Positions 1 to 12,000 of a DNA stretch of 61,208 nucleotides are shown here, one piece after another. How positions within the stretch are numbered: position 1 is the first letter of the stretch; the number at the start of each line of letters is the position of its first letter. Both the position numbers and the translations under genes were made by a program. The notes under the pieces were generated by a model. It did not search any database. It was not told the origin of the DNA and saw only the letters and a list, made by a program, of their open reading frames with translations. Source of the stretch: an uncultured Gammaproteobacteria bacterium (GTDB taxonomy: Bacteria > Patescibacteriota > Patescibacteriia > UBA1558 > GWA2-36-10). The stretch spans positions 1 through 61,208 of the forward strand of contig CAZWIT010000002.1 of NCBI GenBank assembly GCA_964633905.1, read 5' to 3'.

Positions 1-90
1 TGGCGGAAGGTGAGGGATTCGAACCCTCGGAGGTTTTGACACCTCGCACGCTTTCCAAGCGTGTGCACTCGACCACTATGCGAACCTTCC
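1..90 (-). tRNA. tRNA-Ser(GGA)
   Basis: Reverse complement folds as a cloverleaf: GGAAGGT acceptor, CACGC-TTGGAAA-GCGTG anticodon arm, long variable arm, GGTTCGAATCC T-loop, encoded CCA. Confidence 0.97.
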
Positions 91-330
91 AGGATTAACT
101 AATTTTTTAAATGCTTCTCCACTCTTATATTTTTTTATTTGTTTTTCTCTTAACCATGCTTGGTTTTTGTTCGGAAATATTTCTTGATAAACTAATATCC
201 ACGGTCCTTTATTTTTAGTAGATTTATTAGCCCCAGAATTATGATGTTTTATTCTCTGATTAATATCAGAAGTAATACCAATGTAGTATTTTTTTGTTTT
301 TAAACTTTGAATTATATAAACAATACACAT
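76..330 (-). CDS. Solo GIY-YIG nuclease (84 aa)
   Basis: VYIIQS..YYIGIT..R..HN.G..T....PW..VY.E.......LREKQIK motifs. Stop codon TAG lies at tRNA-Ser nt 13-15. Confidence 0.88.
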   Translation of the reverse strand: MCIVYIIQSLKTKKYYIGITSDINQRIKHHNSGANKSTKNKGPWILVYQEIFPNKNQAWLREKQIKKYKSGEAFKKLVNPGRFA

Positions 331-342
331 ACTTTATTTTAA

Positions 343-418
343 GCTTTTCCCGCCTTTGGCGGGACCCCGCCGTAGGCGGTGGCCAAGCGTGTGCACTCGA
401 CCACTATGCGAACCTTCC
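343..418 (-). pseudogene. tRNA-Ser 5' fragment interrupted in the anticodon loop by a 35-nt insert
   Basis: 383..418 is identical to 55..90 (36 bp). AAAGC at 347..343 continues the tRNA sequence after the insert. Confidence 0.9.
348..382 (-). repeat. Double-hairpin mini-insert, copy 1 (CCACCGCCTACGGCGGGGTCCCGCCAAAGGCGGGA)
   Basis: Hairpins CCGCC/GGCGG and CCCGCC/GGCGGG. Homologous to 26967..26999. Confidence 0.85.
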
Positions 419-433
419 TAAAAAACCAACTAT

Positions 434-486
434 GTTTACCCCGTAAATTAAGACGAATGTCATGAGGAAAAATTGTACGGGGTGAC
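434..486. repeat. ACCCYGT-family imperfect inverted repeat
   Basis: gtttaccccgtaaatt (434-449) versus aattgtacggggtgac (471-486). Confidence 0.65.
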
Positions 487-623
487 CTCTCCCAACTTAG
501 TTTTCCAAAAGACTTAATTTTTAACCTTCGAGGTTGATTTTAAAAAATCCCTATAAATATAATAGATCAAGGTAAAATAGTCAATTTTTCTAGTCTTAAG
601 GCATTTTTTTTGTTATAATATTA

Positions 624-1862
624 GTGTTTATGTTAACTAGAATCTTAAGAGTAGCTCCTAGGTATCAAAATGGCCAATTAAAATTGACCATGATTTTAGG
701 TTTATTTATATTATTTTGGGCATTATTTGATAGTGTAGTTACTTATATCACTCCAATCTTAATTGAAGAGCAGGGCTATTCAGAAACAATGTTAGGTTTA
801 ATTATTGGCAGTAGTTCTTTGATTGGCGGTTTATTTGATTTTGTTTTAAGTAAATTTATGAAGCGCGTTGACTTTCGTCGCTTCTTTTTGTTGATGTTAG
901 CTTTGTCATTTTTACATCCAATAGTTTTATCTCAAGCTCATGGCCTTGGTATTTGGCTACTAGCGATGGCTATTTGGGGACTCTATTATGATTTTTATGG
1001 TTTTGGTCTTTTTGATTATGTTGGTCGTCATAGTAGCATTAATCTGCATGCTCTTAATTTTGGTATTATTCAAACATTTAGATCTTTGGCAGGCGTGATT
1101 GGCCCATTGATAGTTGGCCTCTTGATTGTAGATGGTATTGGTTTAAAAGTTTTTGCTTATCAGTGGCTATTTTTATTAACTAGCACTATTTTTTTAGTAA
1201 GTTTCATTGTTTTGTATAATCGTAAGCCATTAGAATTAAAAGTTAGAAAAATAAAAAATAAACCTTTTTATTTAGAATTAAAATTATGGCGTCGTATTAG
1301 TAAAACTTTATTGCCAGTTTTAATTTTGACTTTGTTTATTTTTATGCAAGAGGCATTTTTTTGGACTTTGGCACCTATTTTTGGAGAAGGGCATCATTGG
1401 GGTGGATTATTTTTGGCAGCTTTTACCTTGCCAAGTTTATTATTGAGTTGGTATGTTGGCACTGTTACTAAAAAGTTCGGTAAAAAAAGAACAGCTTTTG
1501 TAAGTTTACTTTTAGGTTCTAGCATTTTGTCATTTTTTGCTTTGATGCAAAATCATTGGTGGGTGATGATTTTAATTTTTGTATCAGCTTGTTTTTTTAG
1601 CTTTACTTTGCCAGCCATTGATGGTGCTTATGCTGATTATATTAGTGAGACGCCTAGAGTTGAGAAGGAAATTATTGCTTTAGAGGATTTAGCCTTTAAC
1701 ATTGCTTATATTATTGGTCCGATTTTGGCTGGCATTTTAGCAGATATTTTTGATATTGCTAAAGCGTTTAGCATTATTGGCGTTATTGGTGTTTTGGTGT
1801 CTATTATTTTATTAAAAATAACGCCAAAGAGTATCAACATTAATTTAACTAAATTATCATAG
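624..1862 (+). CDS. MFS transporter
   Basis: 412 aa, about 12 hydrophobic segments, motif-A-like VTKKFGKKR. Start may be ATG at 630. Confidence 0.85.
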   Translation: MFMLTRILRVAPRYQNGQLKLTMILGLFILFWALFDSVVTYITPILIEEQGYSETMLGLIIGSSSLIGGLFDFVLSKFMKRVDFRRFFLLMLALSFLHPIVLSQAHGLGIWLLAMAIWGLYYDFYGFGLFDYVGRHSSINLHALNFGIIQTFRSLAGVIGPLIVGLLIVDGIGLKVFAYQWLFLLTSTIFLVSFIVLYNRKPLELKVRKIKNKPFYLELKLWRRISKTLLPVLILTLFIFMQEAFFWTLAPIFGEGHHWGGLFLAAFTLPSLLLSWYVGTVTKKFGKKRTAFVSLLLGSSILSFFALMQNHWWVMILIFVSACFFSFTLPAIDGAYADYISETPRVEKEIIALEDLAFNIAYIIGPILAGILADIFDIAKAFSIIGVIGVLVSIILLKITPKSININLTKLS

Positions 1863-1905
1863 CCTATTTGCTAGCTTAGCCTTATTTGTCTATAATGTGA
1901 ATATT

Positions 1906-2073
1906 ATGTTAGAAGATAAAAAAGTAAATTATCAAGAGAAAACAGACGAACACTTGGTTATTTTAGACACTTTTTTGATAATAGTAGCAGCTTTGGTTGA
2001 TCCTAAAACAGCTTTAGTTTTAGCTGGAGCTTCTTTGTTATTTTTTTATTTGTATAATTTAGCTAAAAAATAA
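1906..2073 (+). CDS. Small membrane protein (55 aa; not in ORF track)
   Basis: MLEDKKVNYQEKTDEHLVILDTFLIIVAALVDPKTALVLAGASLLFFYLYNLAKK; TATAAT at 1891-1896 upstream, terminator downstream. Confidence 0.6.
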   Translation: MLEDKKVNYQEKTDEHLVILDTFLIIVAALVDPKTALVLAGASLLFFYLYNLAKK

Positions 2074-2103
2074 TTTTTAAATGATAATTAGCTGTCAGCG
2101 AGT

Positions 2104-2122
2104 CCGCTTAAAGCGGTTTTTT
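2104..2122 (+). terminator. Intrinsic terminator
   Basis: ccgc-ttaaa-gcgg followed by tttttt. Confidence 0.5.
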
Positions 2123-2246
2123 AGTCCTAGTCAGGCCTAAAATGCTATGCTATTATTGTTAGTTCGGTGGCTAGTCATGCTCGTCAGCAGATGCCGAGTA
2201 GCTGGCCTAGAAATAATAGAAAATCTTAATTTATATTTTTTAATTT

Positions 2247-2951
2247 ATGCTTAAGAATCTTAAAGATGATTTAAGAAAATCATCTAGTCGGACTAGAGCT
2301 ATTAGCTCTTTACGTTTTTTTAAGACAGGCAAAGGACAGTATGGCGAGGGCGATAATTTTATTGGTGTGCCAGTGCCAACAGTCAGAAAAATAGCTAAAC
2401 AATATTTAGATTTGCCACTTAAAGAAGTTATTTTATTATTACATTCTAAAATTCACGAGGAGCGTCTTTGTGCCCTACTTATATTAGTAGATCAATACCA
2501 AAAAGGGGACAGCAAAAAACAAAAACAGATCTTTGATTTATATTTAAAAAATTATAAATTTATAAATAATTGGGATTTGATAGATTTGACGGCGCCACGG
2601 ATAGTCGGAGCTTATTTATTTGATAAGCCAAAAGGTATTTTATCTAAATTAGCAAAAAGTAAAAATTTGTGGCAGAGGCGAGTAGCAATTTTAGCCACTT
2701 TTCAATTTATTTATTATGGTCAAAGTAAAGAAACTATTAAAATTAGCAAAATATTATTACAAGATGAACATGATTTAATCCAAAAGGCAGTTGGCTGGAT
2801 GCTACGGGAAGTTGGTAAGCGAGTTGATGAAAAGATATTGCTTGATTTTTTAAATAAATACTACAAAGTCATGCCACGGACAATGTTGCGCTATGCCATT
2901 GAAAGATTGCCAGAAAAACTGAGAAAAAAATATTTATTAGGTCAGATTTAA
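2247..2951 (+). CDS. alkD: DNA alkylation repair protein, AlkD family
   Basis: NNWDLID, WQRR and KAVGWMLREVGK motifs. Confidence 0.88.
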   Translation: MLKNLKDDLRKSSSRTRAISSLRFFKTGKGQYGEGDNFIGVPVPTVRKIAKQYLDLPLKEVILLLHSKIHEERLCALLILVDQYQKGDSKKQKQIFDLYLKNYKFINNWDLIDLTAPRIVGAYLFDKPKGILSKLAKSKNLWQRRVAILATFQFIYYGQSKETIKISKILLQDEHDLIQKAVGWMLREVGKRVDEKILLDFLNKYYKVMPRTMLRYAIERLPEKLRKKYLLGQI

Positions 2952-3094
2952 ACTAATTTTTTATTAAAAAATTAGTTTTATTATTTTTTACTAGCTGAAT
3001 TTAGCTGGTATTTTTTATTAACATATTATTGTTATGATTTTAGGTAACTTTGTGTTATAATATAGTGGACAAAAATTAAAAATAAATAATATTT

Positions 3095-6000
3095 ATGTAC
3101 AAGCAAGCCTTGCCATCTTGGCGTTTTAGACCTTCTGTTCAAACCAAGCAAAGAATTATAAAAACAGTAGAATTATTCTTTTACTTTCTAGTTTGGCTGG
3201 TTAAAATTGTTAGTTCAGTACTCACAGCTATTGGTTATATTTTATTTATAAGCCTAGTATTTATTACTAAAAATACTTGGCAGTTAATGCCACCATTATT
3301 ACGTTGGCTTCGTTTTAAATCTGCACCTTATTTGCTTAATATTTTACGTTTAACCCTTAAGTTAATTAAAGCTAGCTTTTTATTCATTGGTCGCAAGATA
3401 CCAGTTTTAGAGTTAGCACTACGTTGGCTTTTTAAAAATATTTTTTTAGCTTTTTTCTACGCATTTAAAGGAATTTATTTAGTGCTAGCTACTATATTGA
3501 AAATTATTTGGTATGGTTTTACTATTTTCTTTGTCAAATTTTTAGGATTTTTTGGACCCAAAGCTAGTTATTTGTATGATAATCGGGCAGAAATCAAAGT
3601 CAGGGCAAATAAACAAGTTAAAGAATATAAATTATTTTTACTATGGCTTGCTAAGCCATTTTTACATTTCTTGCCTAAAAAATACGAAAAGAAAATATTA
3701 CCTAAAACTAAGAAAATAAATCAGGCCTTATCTCCAGTTATTGGCTTGTCGGATTTTAAGCATTTATTGCGTGAACCAAAACAAATTTTATTAAGACGGG
3801 CCATTGCCTCTTGGCTGGTATTTTTCTTAGTGATTTCTACCTTTGGTGTGGCTTCTTTAACTCCTTTGTTTAATTGGCTGTTTAGAGACAGACAGCCAGC
3901 TTACGCAGCTACTTTTACTGGTGCAGTTAAAGTTTCAGCTGGCAGCACTACTTTGTCAACTAATGGTAGTTGGTATACGGCCATGGCTTATTCGGGAGAC
4001 GGGATCAATGGTGATGCAGAAGCTGGGACTTTTAATCCTATTCATCCTGGTCCATCAGCAACTGACGGCGCAGCTGGGGCTTTGGCTCTAGGCCACGTAT
4101 CAGTAGCTGCAACTGCGACTTATGCGGCTGCTCAATTTATTGGTTTTAAGCCTAGTGATACTGGTAATTTGAGAGGAGTCCAGTTAATTTTAGAGAATTT
4201 AACTATTACTTCATTGTCAAATGTTGATATAGTAGTCGAACTTTTGAGTTTTCCCACAGCTTCTTGTACTACTTCTTGTACAAATTATGTGACTGGCACG
4301 CAAGGTGCCTATACCTATCCGAGCGATACTGTAGTTTTAAGAAGAGCAGTTAAACAGTTTAATCAAGGATTATCTGGTGAAAATTTAGCCCCTGGACAAT
4401 ATGGTCGTGGTACTTTTGATTTTCGTTTTGATCCAGAAGTGGCAGTCACTGCTGGGGCTCATTATGGTTTTAGGATTATCAATATGGGTGCTGGTACGCC
4501 AGTTTTTGGTACTTGGGCAGCCAACGCTCCTTATGGTGATTTTCCAACGGTTAATGGCACTATTAGGACTATTGGTGCTAATGACATTGATTTGACTAAT
4601 GCGCCCACAATTAATATGCCAAAAGTGTTAGCGGCACATAATGGCTTGACTGCCGCTGCCATGGTGGCTGCCAATTCAGCTGCTGGCGTGGGCTTGCCGA
4701 CAGTAAGGCGTACTCAAAATGAGCATTGGACAGCTACTTATTCTAGCGCTAATGCTAATTGGACTTTGACTGGAACTGTGTCTGGTACTCAGACTAATAA
4801 ATTAACAACACCTACAACTGGCGGAACAGGTGCTGCTTGGGTAAATGATGGTGTTCCGTTTACTACTTTAACAGCTGCTTCTACTGCTAGCACTGTTTTA
4901 TGTGTGGCCTCTACTAGTGGTTTTGCTACTAATCAAACTATTAATTTATGGGATGCAGATACTGCCACTGTTTCTTTGACAGTAGCTTCAGTTACTAATT
5001 CTCATGCTAGCTGTAGTGATGGTCCAGCTATTATAACTACTGCAGCTACGGTAGTTGGGTTTACTCCAGAAAAAAATGCCTCAGTTGCGCAGGCTATTTG
5101 GAAAAATCGTATTGTCCAAGGAGCAATGACTACTTTAACAGCCGATTCAGCTGTATCTACTCGTGTTTGTGTAGCTAGTATTGATGGTTTTTCGGCAGCA
5201 GTTGGTACAGCAGCTAGCGTTCAAATTTGGGACAACGATACAGCGCCAATTGTGACGCATCGTATTGCTAGTACTAATGCTTCGGATGGAGCTTGTCCGG
5301 CTAGTGGTCCGTCTATTATTTTAGCAGCAAATTTAACTACAGCTTTTACAGTAGCTCAAGGAGCTATGATTTCAGAAATCTCAGCTAATATTTCAAATAT
5401 CGGCACACCTTCAGATGGTGATGTCTTACGTTTTACTTCTTATAATTTTACCCAAAATCCGATTGGGTTAAATTCTCAATTAGCACGTACAACTTCAGTA
5501 GTTTTAGCTTATGCTAAGAGTCAAGCTTTGGCTACTTCAAATACTAATTATCCTTTTTTATCCAATCGACATATTTATTTTGTCGCTTATGGTGATGCTA
5601 ATACTACGGCTCCAGCTGATGGAGATATTGTGATAGTAGGTAATGGTAAAAGTAATGCTGATCCTTATGACTCTACAAATTTAACTAATGACTATACTTG
5701 GTTGGCTAAAGAGCAGCACGTGGTCAGTATTGATCGCTCCTGGGACGCGGCCTTAGCTTATACTGGTAATTATGGTGCAGCTATTGGCGATGGCGCTGGT
5801 ACTCGTGGTAATTTTGCTGCTTATTCATTTAATGGCGGTTGGGTTTCAGCTGTTATTACGCCAGGTTCAAAATTAACAATTGCTGATAATACTAATAAAC
5901 ATTATCGTCTGACTATTCCTGGTAAAATAGTTTTGGATTCGGATGCAATTTTAGCCTTTGGGGATAGTACTGATCCATTGCCAGCTTCTACACATGCTGA

Positions 6001-9000
6001 TATTTATTTTGATAATGTCTCACCGGCAGTTTCTTCAAATTTAGGCTCAGACTCAGCCGCTTCTACATCCTTGACCGTAGTATCAACCACTGGTTTTGCG
6101 CCAGGCGATACTATAGTTATTGATGACAATGATTCGCCAGCTATTACCAGGATTATAGCGGCTATTGAAAATTCTACCACCTTGACTCTGACAGCTGCAG
6201 CTGTCACTGGCTATACCACAGCTCAAAGTGCTTTTGCTGCTAAGGGACCACAAACCGAATTACCTACAGGTTCAGATAGAAGAGCGGGCGTTTATACTAT
6301 GACTGGTTTGACTGGCACTGGTGCTGGTACGCAGGATAATAATAGAACTGGTAGAGTTAATATTTATGGTCAAGGCAGCGATAATTTTCGTACCATGAAA
6401 AGCGATTTGGCAGTTGATATTGACGGTAATATTGATACTGGTTATTTGGGAAACAATTCAACCGATGCTGGTAATACTTGGGTTGATGTCAAAGATAATG
6501 TAGTAGGTAATTGGCAGCCACTAGATAATATTGCGGTAGCGGGAGCTACTAATCAAGTAGTAGATAATAATTTGTCTTCCGTAAGAATGGGCGGTAATGA
6601 TGATGCTAGCCAATTTCCAGTTTGGACAGGTCTAGCTGGTTTAGGTCGTAATGCTTTGCCAACTTCTAATATGGAAGTTGCAGAAATTGGCACAGTACCA
6701 ATTACTAATGTTTATAATGCTGATTATAACGGTGGTTCACCTTTGTATTCAGTAAATTATGCTACATCTACTACTTGGACATTGTTTGGTGATGGGGCAA
6801 ACTCTGAACTTAATGATGCGATTTATTTTGGTGATCAGGGTACAAATATGATGTATTCATTGGAAGCTAATCTCGGCACCCTAATGAATGCTTCGGCAAT
6901 TTTTACTTGGGAGTTTTATAATGGAGCTGGTTGGACTGCTTTTACACCGCGTGATGCTTATAAATATCAGACACGTACTGGTCATACCATACCATTGTCA
7001 GCTAATACTACCAGAAATTCATATACAGTATCAGTCACCTCTGGTAATCAGGCAAACTTTGGGGTGGATCAAGTAGTCATGATTGACGATAATGATTCTA
7101 GCCCTATTTATCGGCGCATCAGTGCCGTGGCAGCTGGCGTAATTACTTTTACAGAGCCAGTAACAGCTGATTATACTACTGCTCAATCGGCCAGTATTTC
7201 GCGGCTCAATGGAGGTCAATGGAAATCTTTTGACCCTAGTAATTTTTTTACAGAAAATGGTAATGCTCCGCGTCGTATTTTGAGCTGGACACCTTATGAC
7301 TTGTCTGGTACGCCAGCTAAAACTACCATCAATGGTGTAAATGCTTATTGGGTCAGAGTGAGAATTTCTGGCTTTACTTCTTGGACTACTTCTCCAGTCA
7401 ATCAAAATACTCCAATTGGTATGAGCGGAATCGAGCGTATAGATTCAGGAGCTTTAAATGTGTCTAGCGGTAGTCAAGAAGCAAAAATTAGCCAAATTAC
7501 CACTGGCTTAAGCTATGACCCTAATGAAACATTTACTTTAGAATATGGTAATTCACCCGGCTGGATAGAAACACATAAATATTCAGCTGCTGCCATTGTG
7601 CCGCCCTCAGCTCCCTATGTTTGGCATATTCAGAATGGTCAACTAAATATTAATGAGACTAACTTAACTCATCTTAATATTCAAAATACTAATGTAGACA
7701 CCACTGATTATACAATGTCAGGTTTGGTGTATATGGATATGGTAGCTGATGCTACTAGTCGTCGTCTAGGATTTCTGATGCGCCAAAGTCTTGATGGTAA
7801 TGGTTATGCTGCTTTAATCACTAAAACCAATGCCGCTAATACAGTTGGCTTTTATACAACTTTGGCTGGTGTGCCAACAGTGATTGGAACGCCTACTTCC
7901 AAAGCATTTTCTGACAGTACTTGGTATTGTTTAAAATCACAGGTCTCAGGCACAACTTTGAATGTCAAATTTTGGGCAACGACCGATTGTAATAGTGGTG
8001 AACCTGGCTCGTGGGATTTTACTACTACTAATAGTACTTATACTAGTGGTAAAGCGGGCGTCTATGCAGGCTCTGCGACTTCTGGCTCTGGTACTAAAGC
8101 TATTTTTGACAGCATTAGTTCTGATACTGGCTGGACGGACAATTTTGATGATGTTGATTATTGGCGCTTAACAGGCTCTAGCGCTAGTGTAATTGGTAAT
8201 GCTTATCCAAGTGTTCCTTTTACTAGCTCTTATTTGAATTTTACTATTAAGCATAAAGGCGGCTGGAATGGCACAGTCAGGCCAGAAATAGGAGATAAAA
8301 TATATATTAGTTCTACGGCTATTAGAAGCTACAAAGGCTTGGATAGTTCTGTTGGTATTACTACTAATAATACTAATACTAAATACGAAGTATGGGATTT
8401 CGAATGGAATCCAGCAGCCTCCAACTATACTGTGACTGGTAGCGCTACGGGTGCGGCTGGTACAGCTACGCCAGGAACAACCTATACGGCACCTGATAAT
8501 AAAGTTTCTTTGCGTATTAATTCTGGTACACCAACAGCGACCAAGTTTGGTGATCGGATGTTGCTTTTACAAAATAATTATTTGCGTAATAATGGCGCCT
8601 GGACAGGTGTTAATGGCATGGGTAGTGCGGTTTTGATGCCGCCTACTTGGACTCTGACTGGTAGTCCTATCGCTACTAGATATAATATAGAGGGTATCAG
8701 TGGTACAGCTACAGCTAGACAACACGGTACTATTGATTTTTGGTTTAAGACTAATTATAGTGGTTCACCAGCAACTTCTACCAGTCCTTTTGGGCAGTAT
8801 TTACTGGATTACGCAGCCAATGGTGATACGGATCGTTTGTTTATTAGACATAATACTAATGGCAAATTAGAGGTAGCTATTTATGCTGGCGCTGCTCAGG
8901 GTACTTTGTTACAACAGACTTTTTCGGCTACTGCTGGTCAGTGGTATCACTTGCGTGTGGCTTGGCGTGAAGCAGCTACTGCTTTTAAACGCGCTTGGCT

Positions 9001-12000
9001 AGATGGTGTAGCTTTTGAAACTAACCAGGGTACTACTTTGGGTACTAGAGGTGCTAACGCTGGTTTATTGCGTATAGGTAATAATTGGCAATACAATGGT
9101 GCTTTTGATGGAGCTATAGATGAGTTTAATATTTTTGATGCTGAACTCGATACCTCTGGCTCTTGTAATTGGGGCAATTTTGATGTGCCGACTACGGTTT
9201 GGACAGGGGGTGCTACTCCTGCTAATTGTCCTTCGGCTACTGGTGCTAATATTTATCGAGCTAGTTTTGATACGGCTATGAATCCTCAAGAAGGCTGGGT
9301 TTGGGCAGACTATGCCTATGGCAGTCCTAATATGATTTTTACTAATGGTGCTGATACTGGTAATGAAAGAATCAGAGTTATTACTTATCCGCAGAGAACT
9401 AGAGTGTGGGTAGATAATACTGGAGAAAAGTATACGCCTTCAGCACGTATAAAATATGGTTCTGGTCACGAAGAAAATGGTACGGCCGCTACTCTAGCTG
9501 GTTGGGCGCATAATTTTACTTATCATCATAAAGCTGCTCGTGACTCTAGCTCTGCGCCTACCTATTCACCAGTTTTGAATCTCAAACGTAGTACGCATAT
9601 CTGGTCAGATGAAGAGATTAGTTATACAGGTGCTACTTTAGTAGCTGCCAATATCGTTAATCAGGGTCTTGGTTTTGGCGTATCAGCCGTTGGTTTGGCA
9701 GGTTTATCCAATATGAACTTGAGTCATCTATCAATGGAAAACCAATATAATAATTTTGCCGTGACTACTAACCCTTATACTTCAGTGACGCCTTATCCAT
9801 CACAGACTATTTCCAAATCAGTATTTTATAATTACTTTGATCGTGCCTATACTGTGGTCAGTAAAACTCAGGGTTCGAATATGGTTGGTGCTTATTTTGT
9901 GACTACTCACGTGGGAGCTGCCAATATTGGTACAGGTTATAATGCTTTTACTAGTCAAAATGTTGGTATTGATGGCAGTATTTTTATGGGGCATCGTAAT
10001 GCCTATGTGACTGTGCCACCAGCTGCTGCTGGTGGTGCGGCGACATTTGTGTCTGGTCGTCTTTATACCGTAGCTAATTCCGAATTTTATAATAATGGTG
10101 TGACTGGTGCTGGTACATCAGGAGCTTTAAATTTTGGTGTTGGTGTCGCTAAAGTAAATATTAATAATAATAAGTTTTCTATTAATACTAATGGCATTAG
10201 ATTACATGGTAATGCTTTTGTGGCTATGTCCGATAATGTACTTGACGGGCATGTTTCTGATGGCGCAGTAACAGTTGGGGCTGAATATGGCTCGGGTATT
10301 AGGTCACATCCTTCTTATTCTTCGGTATCAGTGACTGATGATGGTAGTATTTATGGTCGTGGTATGTGGAATGAAGCCGACATTAGTATGCCACCCAATA
10401 CTACTACTTTTGAAGCCGAATCTTTGTTACAGTTTACCGGAGTTGATACCCAGATTTTAAGTCCAGTATTTTTTGGCACCCAAGATTATAATAATATGTC
10501 TCGCTTGGGTGATCATTATATGGCTAGCACTATACCAGGCACTGACATTCGTATTAATTATTCTAGCAGTACTAAAGACATAGTTAATCAAAGTACTTTT
10601 GGTAATATGCGCACTACTGGCGCTGGACTTATAGATACCACTGTGCATACAGCCGGCGGTTACGCTTGGCGTATGGAACCGCAGAGTTCGGATGTGCCAT
10701 TAGAATATAGCGCTAAAGTTATTGGTGTGGCTAATGAACCCTTGGCTGTTACTGGTTATATTCGTGTTAATAGTTATTATGGTTCTAGTAATTTACCAAC
10801 AGTTACTTTGTCGGGCCTTGGCATGACGGGAGCTAATTTAACTTGGACAGCAGCCAATTCAGCTAACGAATGGCAACAATTTGTAGTGTCAGGAACACCA
10901 AATGAATCAGCTTTAGCAGATTTAACTATTTCTAGTCAATCATCTTTCGTAGTGGAAGATGAAGGTAGTAGTGAAGTAATTTTTAATCCGCTAGGTAATT
11001 ATTTACCGCCATGGGTAGAAGATGTAGATAAATCTTGGACACCAAATCAATGGGTTGGTTATTTATTTAAAGATACTTATGGTCGTATTTTTGAAGTAGT
11101 GAAAAATACACCTACTATATTATTTTTGAAGGGCATAGTAGCTCCGCATCTAAAGAGTACAACCATGACTAATGCTACGGCTGGTGATTATCAGCTTTTC
11201 AGGAGACCTTATGTTTATTTGGATGATGTATCGGTTTTATCAGGTACAGTAGATACTGGTACTTTAGATTTTTTCTCAGCTGGGCAGCCAGTTTCACCAT
11301 GGTTATCAACTGGTTTAACAGCTTCTAGTATTTGGGGAGCGCAAATTGGTTCATTTGCTGATATTGATGGCTCGTTTGGACAATTATTAAATGATCGTTT
11401 GGCAGTAAAAAGAGGTTTGGTGAGCGATGTGGCTGCCTCGACAACTTCTTTTGTCACAGATTTAACACAGGCTACATCTAATTTTTATCAAAATCAGACA
11501 GTAGTAATGATGAGTGGTCAAAATGCTGGTATTTCTCGCCGTATTTCTAGTTATAACGGAACAACTAAAGCGATTACTGTAGATGCGGCCTTGCCTTTTG
11601 CTCCGGCTTTTAACGATGAATTTGTTATTTTGAGTCAATATACCAATATTAGTAGTAGTGGCGGTGGTGCTTCAGCTGAAGAAATTGCCCAAGCAGTTTG
11701 GGAATATGTTGATCGAAAATTAACTAGTGCTACTTTGACTAGTGGTGGGGCTTTAGCTACTAGTGCTGAAATTGCCGCTTTGCAGGCTGACGTTACTTAT
11801 ATTAGAAATAAAGTAGATGATATTTATACAGACACTCAATATATTAGTGGTATTGTTGATGATATTTTGGCTAAGTGGGGTATTTATAGTGCGGCTGATA
11901 TTAATACTAGTTTAAACACTGTCTTAACTAGAATCGGGGAGCACACAGATTTATCAAGTGCCAATACTTTATTTGGTCGTAGTAAATATTTGCAAGAAAA

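Noticed and set aside
55-418. Group I intron with homing endonuclease in the tRNA-Ser anticodon loop
   Set aside because: The downstream tRNA is already complete, so the layout is not exon-intron-exon. The non-coding space is far too short for a ribozyme core.
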